This document shows positions 15,774 to 24,495 of a stretch of 64,000 bases of DNA, one piece after another. The stretch covers positions 29,856 to 93,855 of the forward strand of contig JBDHQI010000003.1 of assembly GCA_039806955.1 (NCBI GenBank), read 5' to 3'. How positions within the stretch are numbered: the first letter of the stretch is position 1; the number at the start of each line of letters is the position of its first letter. Position numbers and translations under genes: made by a program. The stretch is from Verrucomicrobiota bacterium. Its GTDB lineage: Bacteria > Verrucomicrobiota > Verrucomicrobiia > Limisphaerales > JADLHS01. Under the pieces are notes generated by a model, which searched no databases, was not told where the DNA came from, and worked only from the letters and a program-made list of their open reading frames with translations.

Positions 15774-16244
15774 ATGGCAGAATCTCTTTTCAAAGTTGGT
15801 GAACTAGCCGAGCGCGCCGAAGTCGGTGTGCAGACGCTGCATTATTACGAGCGGCTTGGACTGTTGCCGAAACCAGAACGCTCCGCCTCGAATTATCGTC
15901 TTTACCCGACGGATGCCCTTCGCCGAGTCCAGTTCATCAAGAAATCTCAATCGCTCGGTTTTGCGTTGGAGGAAATCAAAGAGATTCTCGGCTTGCGCGG
16001 GCAAGGCCGCGCTCCCTGCCGCTGCGTTGCGGACGTGGGCAAAAAGCATTTGAAAGAGTTGGATGCGCGCATTGCGGCGTTGCAGGAATTCCGGCGGGCG
16101 TTGGCAGCCGTCGTGCCGAAATGGGAAAAGGAAACGTCACGTCAACGGAAGTGTGCGGGCGAGTTTTGCGATTTAATCGAGCGTTTGCCCCAGATTCCAA
16201 GCGGCCCTCCTCCTCTTGAAAAACGGGTAAGAAAAGGCCCTTGA
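15774..16244 (+). CDS. MerR-family heavy-metal-responsive transcriptional regulator
   Basis: N-terminal wHTH FKVGELAERAEVGVQTLHYYERLGLL, then a coiled-coil dimerisation helix. Cys ligand candidates are PCRC and, ~46 aa later, KCAGEFC. Confidence 0.9.
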   Translation: MAESLFKVGELAERAEVGVQTLHYYERLGLLPKPERSASNYRLYPTDALRRVQFIKKSQSLGFALEEIKEILGLRGQGRAPCRCVADVGKKHLKELDARIAALQEFRRALAAVVPKWEKETSRQRKCAGEFCDLIERLPQIPSGPPPLEKRVRKGP

Positions 16245-16272
16245 CCCTCTAGCCAGATAGAGGCTGTAGGTT
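16241..16272 (+). promoter_or_regulatory. MerR-type promoter/operator: TTGACC - 19/20 bp spacer containing dyad CCTCTA-N6-TAGAGG - TAGGTT
   Basis: Sequence TTGACCCTCTAGCCAGATAGAGGCTGTAGGTT overlaps the merR-family stop codon and lies 29 nt upstream of the merT-like start. An over-long spacer carrying a dyad is the hallmark of MerR-family activated promoters. Confidence 0.55.
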
Positions 16273-16300
16273 TGTTCAGAAACTGAAACTGGAAAAGTTT

Positions 16301-16912
16301 ATGGACAAATCGAAAGCTCTACAAAAGGCCACGTTGGGCGGCAGTCTTCTCGCTGCTGTCATTGCCTCGCTGTGTTGCATCGGGCCGCTGCTCGCGGTGG
16401 CGTTCGGACTCGGCGGCTTTGCCGCGTCCGCCGTGTTTGAAAAATGGCGACCGGTATTTTTGGGCGTGACGTTCGCCCTGCTCGCGCTGGCCTGGTATCT
16501 TACTTATCGCAAACCGAAAGAAAGCTGCGAGGAAGGCTCGGCCTGCGCGACCAAGCCGGCGGGCAAATGGAACAAAGTAGTTTTGTGGATTGCTACGGGC
16601 ATTGTCTTACTCACGACCGCCTTTCCCAGTCTTTCGTCGGTGATCCTTCGCGGAACGCAGTCGAGTGTTCCCGGCGCGGTCGCGGGCGATAACAGCGTCG
16701 TCTTGAAGGTGGAGATACCGAGCATGGATTGCGCGGCGTGCGCCGTCAGCATCCAGACGAAAATGCGCAAGCTGGCAGGCGTCATCACCGCCAGCGTCAA
16801 CTACGACACGAAGGAGGCCGAGGTGCAATACGACGCCACAAAACTCGCGCCGGAGAAGATCATCGCGGCCATTGATGAAACCGGGTTCAAGGCCGAGCCT
16901 GCCAACAAATAA
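16301..16912 (+). CDS. MerT-like transporter fused to a MerP-like HMA domain (MerTP)
   Basis: TM1 has the vicinal Cys pair (ASLCCIGPLLAV) and there is a second Cys pair, CEEGSAC. The C-terminal ferredoxin-like HMA domain carries MDCAACAVSI. Confidence 0.85.
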   Translation: MDKSKALQKATLGGSLLAAVIASLCCIGPLLAVAFGLGGFAASAVFEKWRPVFLGVTFALLALAWYLTYRKPKESCEEGSACATKPAGKWNKVVLWIATGIVLLTTAFPSLSSVILRGTQSSVPGAVAGDNSVVLKVEIPSMDCAACAVSIQTKMRKLAGVITASVNYDTKEAEVQYDATKLAPEKIIAAIDETGFKAEPANK

Positions 16913-16933
16913 TTTCAACCAAGTCACCCTACG

Positions 16934-17446
16934 ATGTCAGACTGCTGCTTAATCAACTCAACGGATGAAAAGCCTTGCCCCGAAACAGAGAGGGCCGGAG
17001 CGAGCAATTGCCCGGAATGTGGTCACCCCGGCAAGGCCGTCGAAACGAAAACGCTGAAACAAATGGTGCAACCGCAGCACCTCGAACTTGCCAGCAAGCC
17101 GGGTTTCTTGTTTTGCCGCACCGCAGATTGCGACGTGGTTTATTTCCATCCTGACGGCGACTGTTTGCGGAAGCCCGATGTGCGCGTGCGGGTGGGACTC
17201 AAGGAAACCGAAGATCCCGTGCCTGTCTGCTACTGCTTCGGGTTCACGGAGGCGATGGCCGTGGAGGAAATCCGTGCGACCGGCAAATGCAGCATCCCGC
17301 GACGCATCACCGCCGAAGTGAAAGCCGGAAACTGCGCCTGCGAAATCCGCAATCCGCAAGGCTCATGCTGTCTGGGCAACGTCAACGCCGCAGTCAAAAG
17401 AGTGATGAGACTCATGGCGGTCGAAAACCCGGCAGCACTCCCCTGA
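16934..17446 (+). CDS. Cys-rich CopZ-N-terminal-domain-like metallochaperone (Zn/[2Fe-2S]-type)
   Basis: CPECGHPGKAVETKTL.., FLFCRTADCDVVYF, RVGLKETEDPVPVCYCFGF and NPQGSCCLGNV. This matches my recollection of the Archaeoglobus CopZ N-terminal domain family. I cannot confirm it without a profile search. Confidence 0.65.
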   Translation: MSDCCLINSTDEKPCPETERAGASNCPECGHPGKAVETKTLKQMVQPQHLELASKPGFLFCRTADCDVVYFHPDGDCLRKPDVRVRVGLKETEDPVPVCYCFGFTEAMAVEEIRATGKCSIPRRITAEVKAGNCACEIRNPQGSCCLGNVNAAVKRVMRLMAVENPAALP

Positions 17447-17471
17447 AATCCGCCGGCTGTTACGAACCTGC

Positions 17472-18209
17472 CTATACACTCGGCCCGCCCTGCGAAGCAA
17501 CCCACCGAATCGCAAACCGCGTGAACTCGGGCGTGGCTTTCAGGCCGAGCTTTTCTTTGATGTGCATCCGATGCACGTCAACGGTCTTGGGACTAAGATG
17601 AAGGCGCTGGGCAATCTCATCGGTGCTCCAGCCTTCGCCAAAAAGGCGCATCACTTCCAGTTCGCGGTCACTCAATTTGGTTTCCGGGTCGTTGCCGATT
17701 TTGCCGGAGGGAGCGGCCACGGATTCCAGAATCTTGGCGGACATGCGCGGGCTTACCGCAATTTGCCCGCTCAACACGGTGCGGATGGCGTTTGCAAGTT
17801 GCTCGTCCGAACCCGCGCCTTTCATCACGTATCCGCGTCCGCCTGCTCGCAACACGCGTGCCGCGTAAAGCGATTCATCCTGCATGGACATCGCGAGCAC
17901 GGGCAGACCGGGATGCAATGCGAGAATGTCCTTGATCAGTTCAAGGCCCTCCTTGTCGGGCAGCGTCATGTCCACCAGGACGAGATCGGGTTTCAGTTTT
18001 GCAATGGCTTCCATCGCTTCGCGCGCTGTGCCCGCCTCGCCGCAGACCATCAAGTCTTGTTCACGGCTCAAGAGATCAGCCTGACCTCGGCGCATCAACG
18101 GGTGGTCGTCCACCAGCAGAATCCTTTTGAACTGCGGAGGCGCTGGGCGCAAGGCAGGCGGCGCGAGCTTGCGCTGAGAACGGCTCGATCCTGACTCCAG
18201 ATGGCTCAT
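17472..18209 (-). CDS. NarL/FixJ (LuxR-HTH) family response regulator
   Basis: Receiver (ILLVDDHPLMRR..DLVLVDMTLPDKEGLELI) plus C-terminal LSDRELEVMRLFGEGWSTDEIAQRLHLSPKTVDVHRMHIKEKL. 4-nt overlap with the kinase gene. Confidence 0.9.
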   Translation of the reverse strand: MSHLESGSSRSQRKLAPPALRPAPPQFKRILLVDDHPLMRRGQADLLSREQDLMVCGEAGTAREAMEAIAKLKPDLVLVDMTLPDKEGLELIKDILALHPGLPVLAMSMQDESLYAARVLRAGGRGYVMKGAGSDEQLANAIRTVLSGQIAVSPRMSAKILESVAAPSGKIGNDPETKLSDRELEVMRLFGEGWSTDEIAQRLHLSPKTVDVHRMHIKEKLGLKATPEFTRFAIRWVASQGGPSV

Positions 18210-19357
18210 AGATTTCCTTTCGATTCAGTTGCTTTTCCGAGCATTGCCTCCGGCACGGAACAAATCACGGTGACACCTGCGCCGGGTTCGATGTTCACCT
18301 TTAATTGCCCGCCAATCAGTCGAGCACGCTGTTCCATCGTGCGCAAACCCAGGCCGTGGCAATTCTTCTGCGTGTCAAAACCGACGCCGTTGTCACGCAC
18401 GCGCAATTCCACATCTGCGGGGCGGCGCACCAGCTCAATGGCGATCCGCGAAGCGTGCCCGTGCTTGAGCGCGTTATGCACCGCTTCCTGCGCGATACGA
18501 TAAATGTGACTCGCCACATTCAGGTCATGCACCACAATCGCATCGGAAGACAATTCGGACGTGATGCCGTAACTGGCAGAAATACGTTCAGCGAGACTGT
18601 CCAACGCCTGAACCAAACCGTCGGGCTGCGGCGGCACGGCGTAAAGTTCGTGAGACAGATCGCGCGCCTGGGTGATGGCGGTGGCGAGCTCCTTGGAAAG
18701 TTGCGCGGCGATTTCGGCCTGTGCCGAGTTGGCGGATTTCAAATCACGATGCAGTCCGTTCATCAAAAAGAGCAATCCGCCAAGCTGTTGCCCCAAGCCA
18801 TCGTGCAATTCCCTCGCGATGCGGGAGCGTTCCTGCTCCGCCGCTGCCGCGACCGTCTGCTCAAGCTGCCGCCGCTCGGCTTCGCTCTGACGAAGCTTCT
18901 CCTCGGCGCGTTTGCGCTCGGTGATGTCGGCACGGATGGCGATGTATTGGCGGGGTTTGCCATGTTCGTCGAGGAAAGGGACGATGGTGGTATCCACCCA
19001 ATAAAACGAACCGTCCTTGGCCTTGTTCTTAATTTCGCCCTTCCAAACCTTGCCACGCGCAATGGTCGTCCACAGGCCGCGCATGAATTCCTTGGCATGG
19101 TGGCCGGAATTGATTACGCGGTGGTCCTGACCCAAGAGTTCCTCACGCGAATACTTCGAGATCGCGCAGAACTTGTCGTTGACGTAGGTAATCTTTCCTT
19201 GCGGATCGGTGATGGCCACGATGGCGTGCTCGTCGAGCGCGGCCTTCAATTCAGCCACTTCGCGATACCGCTCGTCACCTTGTGCAGAATGGGTTTTGCT
19301 CATCCGGTCTCCTTGGTTGTTTTCGGCGGTGGAAGTGGATCGCCACTTCCCGACCAA
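18206..19357 (-). CDS. cytoplasmic PAS-domain sensor histidine kinase (HisKA_3/NarX-type)
   Basis: PAS (AIVAITDPQGKITYVNDKFCAISKYSREELLGQDHRVINSG..), H-box IARELHDGLGQQL, and HATPase N/G boxes (QEAVHNALKHG; DNGVGF; GLGLRTMEQRA). An alternative start is ATG 19303. Confidence 0.9.
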   Translation of the reverse strand: MVGKWRSTSTAENNQGDRMSKTHSAQGDERYREVAELKAALDEHAIVAITDPQGKITYVNDKFCAISKYSREELLGQDHRVINSGHHAKEFMRGLWTTIARGKVWKGEIKNKAKDGSFYWVDTTIVPFLDEHGKPRQYIAIRADITERKRAEEKLRQSEAERRQLEQTVAAAAEQERSRIARELHDGLGQQLGGLLFLMNGLHRDLKSANSAQAEIAAQLSKELATAITQARDLSHELYAVPPQPDGLVQALDSLAERISASYGITSELSSDAIVVHDLNVASHIYRIAQEAVHNALKHGHASRIAIELVRRPADVELRVRDNGVGFDTQKNCHGLGLRTMEQRARLIGGQLKVNIEPGAGVTVICSVPEAMLGKATESKGNL

Positions 19358-19438
19358 ATGCAGAGGAACGGCAGCGCGCTGCCGAGGGCATAAAGCAGGA
19401 AGATGGCGACAATGAACGCAGTCATGTTTTGCCCAGGA

Positions 19439-20452
19439 TTACTCTTTCGCCACATTCAGAGTGAACCGCGCGAATTTGGACACGCCGCCGATTTGGACTT
19501 GGGCGTAGAGTCGCATCAGGCCGGGTTGCTCGGGTTCAATGTGGAACTCCAGACTGCCCGCGCCGCGATCGGCATCTGACTTCGGCTCTGCGCCCATCGG
19601 GTGAATGTGGACGATGGATTTGTAATCTTCGCCAAAGCCCACAAGGTGCGCGTAGGTGGCCATGATGGGTTCAAGCTGGGTGAAGATTTTTCCGTCGGGC
19701 GAGGTGATGCGGAGTTTGCCCATCGTGGCTTCGCCAACCTTGAGCTTGGCTTTGTTGAACACGACTTCGTATTTCAACCCTTCCACCTCGGTCACCGTCT
19801 TGATGTCCCGCTCAGTGATCGGTTCGCCCTGGGTGGGTGCGGCGATGTCCGTCATGGAATACTCCTGCGCGTCCGTGGCGACAGGGAGCAAGTCTGCCCA
19901 TGCACGATAAGCGCCCGGCTTGAGTGGTGTGAAGCTGAAGGCGTATTCGCCCGGTGTGCCGGTCGGCACGGGGTGTTCGTGATGATAATCCGTGAGGCTC
20001 TGGTCGTTGATGAGCAGGTGAATCTTTTTCGTGTGCGCGTCCTTCAAGTCGGAGAGCAGCACGGGCGAGCCGTCCTTCTTGGTCAGCCGCAAGATGGCTT
20101 CGGCCTTCTGCCCCACCTGCAAAGGCGCGGTGGTGGTGACGGTGGCGATGAGCGTCGGCTCGGTGGCATGGCCGCCGTGTGCGCCTTCCTCGTGTCCGCC
20201 GCCTGCGACCTGTTTCAACGTCATGCCGCACTTGGGACATTTGCCCGGTTTGTCGGATTCACTGCCCTCGCACTTCATCGGACAGATGTATTTGGCGGCG
20301 GCAACGGCGTGTTCATGGCCGGCCTTTTCAGCAGTGGCATGATCGTGGCCGGGCGCTTCGCCAGCGCTGTGTTCGTGTTCGCTGCGGTTGCAGGCGGTGA
20401 ACGCCAGCGCGATGGCCAGCACGGAAACGGAGAGGAGCAATGTTTTCTTCAT
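19439..20452 (-). CDS. lipoprotein with His-rich linker, HMBD module and two Ig-like (YtkA/FixH-like) domains
   Basis: Start moved to ATG 20452 (MKKTLLLSVSVLAIALAFTAC). HEHSAGEAPGHDHATAEKAGHEH, then YICPMKCEGSESDKPGKCPKCGMTL, then ..IHLLINDQSLTDYHHEHP.. and ..HIHPMG.. Confidence 0.75.
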   Translation of the reverse strand: MKKTLLLSVSVLAIALAFTACNRSEHEHSAGEAPGHDHATAEKAGHEHAVAAAKYICPMKCEGSESDKPGKCPKCGMTLKQVAGGGHEEGAHGGHATEPTLIATVTTTAPLQVGQKAEAILRLTKKDGSPVLLSDLKDAHTKKIHLLINDQSLTDYHHEHPVPTGTPGEYAFSFTPLKPGAYRAWADLLPVATDAQEYSMTDIAAPTQGEPITERDIKTVTEVEGLKYEVVFNKAKLKVGEATMGKLRITSPDGKIFTQLEPIMATYAHLVGFGEDYKSIVHIHPMGAEPKSDADRGAGSLEFHIEPEQPGLMRLYAQVQIGGVSKFARFTLNVAKE

Positions 20453-20524
20453 GGATTTTGGATTGATGAGTTTGGTGCGCGGCGGGTGGACGACCAAAGT
20501 CGCCCGCCCGCCGCCGAGATTTTA

Positions 20525-20644
20525 TTAGTGGCTATGCGTGTGAGTCGCGGAAGGCTGGCTGGAATTATCCTCCATGCTGGCGCAGCCGGTCAGCATAAGG
20601 CCCGCCGCCAACAACGTGAGCAAGACGGTGATTTTGATTTTCAT
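20525..20644 (-). CDS. mini-lipoprotein (39 aa; predicted mature 19-aa His-tailed peptide), absent from ORF track
   Basis: My translation gives ATG 20644 .. TAA 20527-20525: MKIKITVLLTLLAAGLMLTGC/ASMEDNSSQPSATHTHSH. Lipobox and mature length match 3836-3982. It is wedged between two HMBD genes. Confidence 0.5.
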   Translation of the reverse strand: MKIKITVLLTLLAAGLMLTGCASMEDNSSQPSATHTHSH

Positions 20645-20673
20645 TATTTAGTTGGAGCAACGCGTTCTGGCGT

Positions 20674-21234
20674 TCAGTGTTTGTGTTCGTCCTTTTTGGC
20701 CACGAGCTTCATGCCGCACTTGGGGCATTTACTGGGGCTGTCCTGCACCACGTCTTCGTGCATCGGGCAGGTGTATTGCATCGCGTGCTCGCCGCTTTCC
20801 ATCTTCATGCCGAACTGCGTTCCCAGCACTTTGAGCAAGCCGTCGAGCTTCTTGAGGTTCGCCTCGGTCTTCGCCTGATCCTTCGCGTCGCCGGAGGCGT
20901 CGAGGTCCTCGGCCAGCTTGGCGATGTTCTTTACCGTGCCTTCGACCTGGGTTTTCTTGTCTGCGGGAGCTTTGGGCACGAGCGCCTTCGCCAAGTCACG
21001 GATTTCAAAGGCAGTTTCGTGGACCTTTTCGAGCTGCTTCTTTTCCACGATTTCCTTCAACTCCGCGTGGTGCTCTTTGATTTCCTTCCAGATACCTTCG
21101 ACCGTGTCGGGGATTTTCGCCTTCTCCCCGGCCTTGTGTTCGTGGCCTTCCTGCGCCGACGCGGTGGTGGCGGTCAGGCCGGTAAATCCGATGGCGGCGC
21201 AAAGCCCCATCGCCAGTAGTGTTTTCATTTTCAT
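20674..21234 (-). CDS. periplasmic helical protein with C-terminal HMBD module
   Basis: Signal peptide ..TATTASA, a Lys/Glu-rich helical domain, then YTCPMHEDVVQDSPSKCPKCGMKLV and a KDEHKH tail. Its start overlaps the RND pump stop by 1 nt (TAATG). Confidence 0.75.
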   Translation of the reverse strand: MKMKTLLAMGLCAAIGFTGLTATTASAQEGHEHKAGEKAKIPDTVEGIWKEIKEHHAELKEIVEKKQLEKVHETAFEIRDLAKALVPKAPADKKTQVEGTVKNIAKLAEDLDASGDAKDQAKTEANLKKLDGLLKVLGTQFGMKMESGEHAMQYTCPMHEDVVQDSPSKCPKCGMKLVAKKDEHKH

Positions 21235-24200
21235 TATTTTTCTTTCGTGGTTGCTTCTCCAACACCGGACGCAACACCGGTTTCCGCCAACGTGGCGGCG
21301 GCGTCTTGTTTGCGATGTTGGGGAAAATCATTTGAGCCGTTCCCCGGCAAAGCCGGGATGGCATCCAGTGGATCGGTCTGGTCGCGCTGGATGTATTTCT
21401 CCGCCGCTTTGCGGCCGAATTTGAAAAACACGGCGGGCGTCACCGCCATGTCGAGCAGCGTCGAGCTGATGAGTCCGCCGAGAATGACAACGGCGACCGG
21501 ATACAAAATCTCTTTACCGGGCTGACCCGCCGCGAGCACGAGCGGAATGAGCGCCAGGCCCGCGACGGCGGCGGTCATCGTCACGGGCACGAGCCGTTCG
21601 AGCGAGCCGCGCACGATCATCTTCTCGTCGAACTTCTCGCCCTCGTGTTCCATCAGGTGGATGTAGTGCGAAATCATCATGATGGTGTTGCGCGAGGCGA
21701 TGCCGGCCAGCGTGATGAGGCCGACGAGCGTGGCGATGGAAACTTTGCCGACCATGAAGTAGGTCAGCGCCAGCCCACCGATGAACGCCAGCGGGATGTT
21801 CAGCAGGATTTGCCCAACAATCATCGTCGAGCGGAAGTGTGAAAAGAGGACGAGGAACATCGTCGCCAGCGTCACGATGGAAAGGATGCCGATGAGCCGT
21901 GTGGCTTCCTGCTGGCTCTGGAACTGGCCTTCGTAGCTGATGAAGAAACCGGTCGGCAAGTGAACCTTCTCGGTAATCTTCTTTTGAATTTCAGTGACGA
22001 CCGCCCCGAGGTCGCGCCCGGAGACGTTCGCCTGAACCACGATGCGCCGCTGGACGTTTTCGCGGTTGATGATGTTCGGGCCTTTGCTCTCGCGCACGTC
22101 CGCCAGCAACGCCAGCGGAACTTTCTGGCCGTTGGCCGTATCCACGAGCATCTGGCGCATGTCTTCAACGTGGTTGCGCGACACTTCGTCGTAGCGGACA
22201 AACACATCGTAAGTCTTCTGGCCGTCGAGCACCTGGGCGACCGTTCGACCGTTGAGCGCGGTTTCGAGCAGCTCGTTGAGTTCGCCCACTTGAATGCCAT
22301 AGAGCTTGGCCTTTTCGCGGTCGGGCTGGATGCGGACTTGCGGCATCAACACCTGCTTCTCGATCTGCAAATCCACGATGCCCTCCACGGTTTTCATCTG
22401 GCCCTCGACCTCGGCGGCGGCGGCGCGTAACGCTTCGAGGTTCTCGCCGAAAATCTTCACGGCGATTTGCGCGCGCACGCCGGAAAGCAAATGATCCAGT
22501 CGGTGCGAAATCGGCTGGCCCACGCTGAAGACCACGCCGGGGATTTGGCCGAGTTTGTCGCGCACGTCGTCGAGGATTTGCTCGCGCGTTCGTTTGGACT
22601 TGCGGAAGTCCACGTCAATTTCGGTGTAGTGAACGCCTTCGGCGTGTTCATCCAGTTCCGCGCGCCCGGTGCGGCGTCCGGTGGAGATGACTTCGGGGAC
22701 GGTGAGCAAAAGCTTCTCGGCGATTTCGCCGATGCGGTCGGATTGTTTGAGCGACGTGCCGGGTGCGGACAGCACGTTGATGGTGGCCGTGCCTTCGTTG
22801 AACTCCGGCAAAAATTCCTTGCCCATCATCGGGTAAAGCGCGAATGAGCCGATCACCAGCACCAGCGCGATGCCCATTACCCACCACGGATGGCGCAGCG
22901 TGTATTTCAAAATCACCGCGCGGTCGAAGGCTTTGAGTTGCCGCACGACCCAGCCGTCCGCCTCGTGTTCCATGCGTTTCATGCGCGGCAACAGGTAGGA
23001 ACAGAGCGCGGGAATCACCGTCAACGACACGACGAACGACGCAATCATTGCCACGATGGTCGCCACGCCGATGGGTGCGAACAATCGGCCTTCAATGCCG
23101 CCCAATCCGAACAGCGGGATGAACACCAGGATGATGAGCAGCGTGGCGAACAGGATGGAGTTCCGCACTTCCGCCGAAGCGTTGGCGATGACGCGCAGAA
23201 CCGGCTTCGGTTGCGTCGCGTGGCGGTTCTCGCGCAGGCGGCGGAAGACGTTTTCCACATCTACAATCGCGTCGTCCACCACCATGCCGATGGCTACGGC
23301 CAGACCGCCGAGCGTCATGGTGTTGATGGTGATGCCCGCCCACTTGAAATAGAGAATCGTCACAACGAACGACAGCGGGATGGCCGTGAGCGTGATGAGC
23401 GTGGTGCGGAAGTTCAGCAGGAACAGGAACAGGATGATGACGACCATGATCGCGCCGTCGCGAATGGCTTCTTCGACGTTGCTGATGGCGGCGTCAATGA
23501 AGCTGGCCTGCTTGAACAGCGGCGTGATTTTGATGTCGGCGGGCAAACCTTTTTGGATTTCGGCCAGCGCCTTCTCGACTTCAGCGGTGAGTTTGATGGT
23601 GTCCATGCCGGGCTGTTTCTGCACCGACACAATGACGGCGGACACGCCGTTGACGCCCGCGTCGCCGCGCATGACCCGTTTGTCGAACTTCACCTCGGCC
23701 ACGTCCTTGAGCAGGATGGGCACGCCCTGGCGCGATTCGATGACGGTGTTGGCGATGTCCTCGATGGCGATGCTGCGTCCGATATTACGGATGAGCGCCT
23801 CTTGGTTCGCGCCTTCGAGAAATCCACCGGCGGTGTTGACCTGCGACTTCTCAGCGGCATCAGTGACTTGTTTGAGCGTGATGCCAAAGGCCGCCATCTT
23901 CTCCGGCGAAGCAAGCACCTGGTATTGTTTCACGCCGCCGCCAATCGGGATGACTTGCGATACGCCCGGAATGGTCAGCAGGCGCGGGCGCACCGTCCAA
24001 TCGGCGATGGTGCGCACGTCCATCGGCGCGGTCTTGCCGCCCTCGCTCGACAGGCCGATCAACATGATCTCGCCCATGATGGAGGAAATCGGACCCATCA
24101 CCGGGCTGACGCCCTTGGGCAATTTTTCGGCGGCAAGTTGCAGACGTTCCTGAACAAGTTGGCGAGCGCGATAGATGTCCATGCCCCAATCGAATTCCAC

Positions 24201-24482
24201 GTAAAGAATCGAAAGTCCGATGCCGGAGTTGGAGCGGACACGCTTGACGCCCGGTGCGCCGTTCAACGCGGTTTCCAGCGGCAGCGTGACCAGCGTCTCG
24301 ACTTCTTCGGGCGCGAGGCCGGCCGCTTCCGTGAGGATGTTGACGGTCGGGCGGTTCAAGTCCGGGAACACGTCCACCGGCAGTTTGAGCGCCACGAACG
24401 CGCCGTAAGCCAGCACGAGGATGCTGGCCGCCACGATGAACAGGCGGTTGCGCAGCGAAAATTCAATGAGGCGGTTTAACAT
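21234..24482 (-). CDS. heavy-metal-efflux RND inner-membrane pump (CusA/CzcA family)
   Basis: 1082-aa, 12-TM RND architecture. MLNRLIEFSLRNRLFIVAASILVLAYG N-terminus. The TM4 motif is AIGMVVDDAIVDVENVFRRL. Confidence 0.95.
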   Translation of the reverse strand: MLNRLIEFSLRNRLFIVAASILVLAYGAFVALKLPVDVFPDLNRPTVNILTEAAGLAPEEVETLVTLPLETALNGAPGVKRVRSNSGIGLSILYVEFDWGMDIYRARQLVQERLQLAAEKLPKGVSPVMGPISSIMGEIMLIGLSSEGGKTAPMDVRTIADWTVRPRLLTIPGVSQVIPIGGGVKQYQVLASPEKMAAFGITLKQVTDAAEKSQVNTAGGFLEGANQEALIRNIGRSIAIEDIANTVIESRQGVPILLKDVAEVKFDKRVMRGDAGVNGVSAVIVSVQKQPGMDTIKLTAEVEKALAEIQKGLPADIKITPLFKQASFIDAAISNVEEAIRDGAIMVVIILFLFLLNFRTTLITLTAIPLSFVVTILYFKWAGITINTMTLGGLAVAIGMVVDDAIVDVENVFRRLRENRHATQPKPVLRVIANASAEVRNSILFATLLIILVFIPLFGLGGIEGRLFAPIGVATIVAMIASFVVSLTVIPALCSYLLPRMKRMEHEADGWVVRQLKAFDRAVILKYTLRHPWWVMGIALVLVIGSFALYPMMGKEFLPEFNEGTATINVLSAPGTSLKQSDRIGEIAEKLLLTVPEVISTGRRTGRAELDEHAEGVHYTEIDVDFRKSKRTREQILDDVRDKLGQIPGVVFSVGQPISHRLDHLLSGVRAQIAVKIFGENLEALRAAAAEVEGQMKTVEGIVDLQIEKQVLMPQVRIQPDREKAKLYGIQVGELNELLETALNGRTVAQVLDGQKTYDVFVRYDEVSRNHVEDMRQMLVDTANGQKVPLALLADVRESKGPNIINRENVQRRIVVQANVSGRDLGAVVTEIQKKITEKVHLPTGFFISYEGQFQSQQEATRLIGILSIVTLATMFLVLFSHFRSTMIVGQILLNIPLAFIGGLALTYFMVGKVSIATLVGLITLAGIASRNTIMMISHYIHLMEHEGEKFDEKMIVRGSLERLVPVTMTAAVAGLALIPLVLAAGQPGKEILYPVAVVILGGLISSTLLDMAVTPAVFFKFGRKAAEKYIQRDQTDPLDAIPALPGNGSNDFPQHRKQDAAATLAETGVASGVGEATTKEK

Positions 24483-24495
24483 GATGGCATCCTGT

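Noticed and set aside
15774-17446. Calling a complete mercury-resistance (mer) operon
   Set aside because: No merA (or merB) is present in the window. The regulator's metal specificity cannot be read from sequence.
18305-20878. 362-aa and 425-aa plus-strand ORFs (18305-19393, 19601-20878)
   Set aside because: They are antisense to the histidine kinase and HMBD lipoprotein genes, with no motifs and skewed composition.
22890-24479. 529-aa plus-strand ORF
   Set aside because: It lies entirely antisense to the RND pump gene, with an Asp/Arg/His-rich non-protein-like composition.
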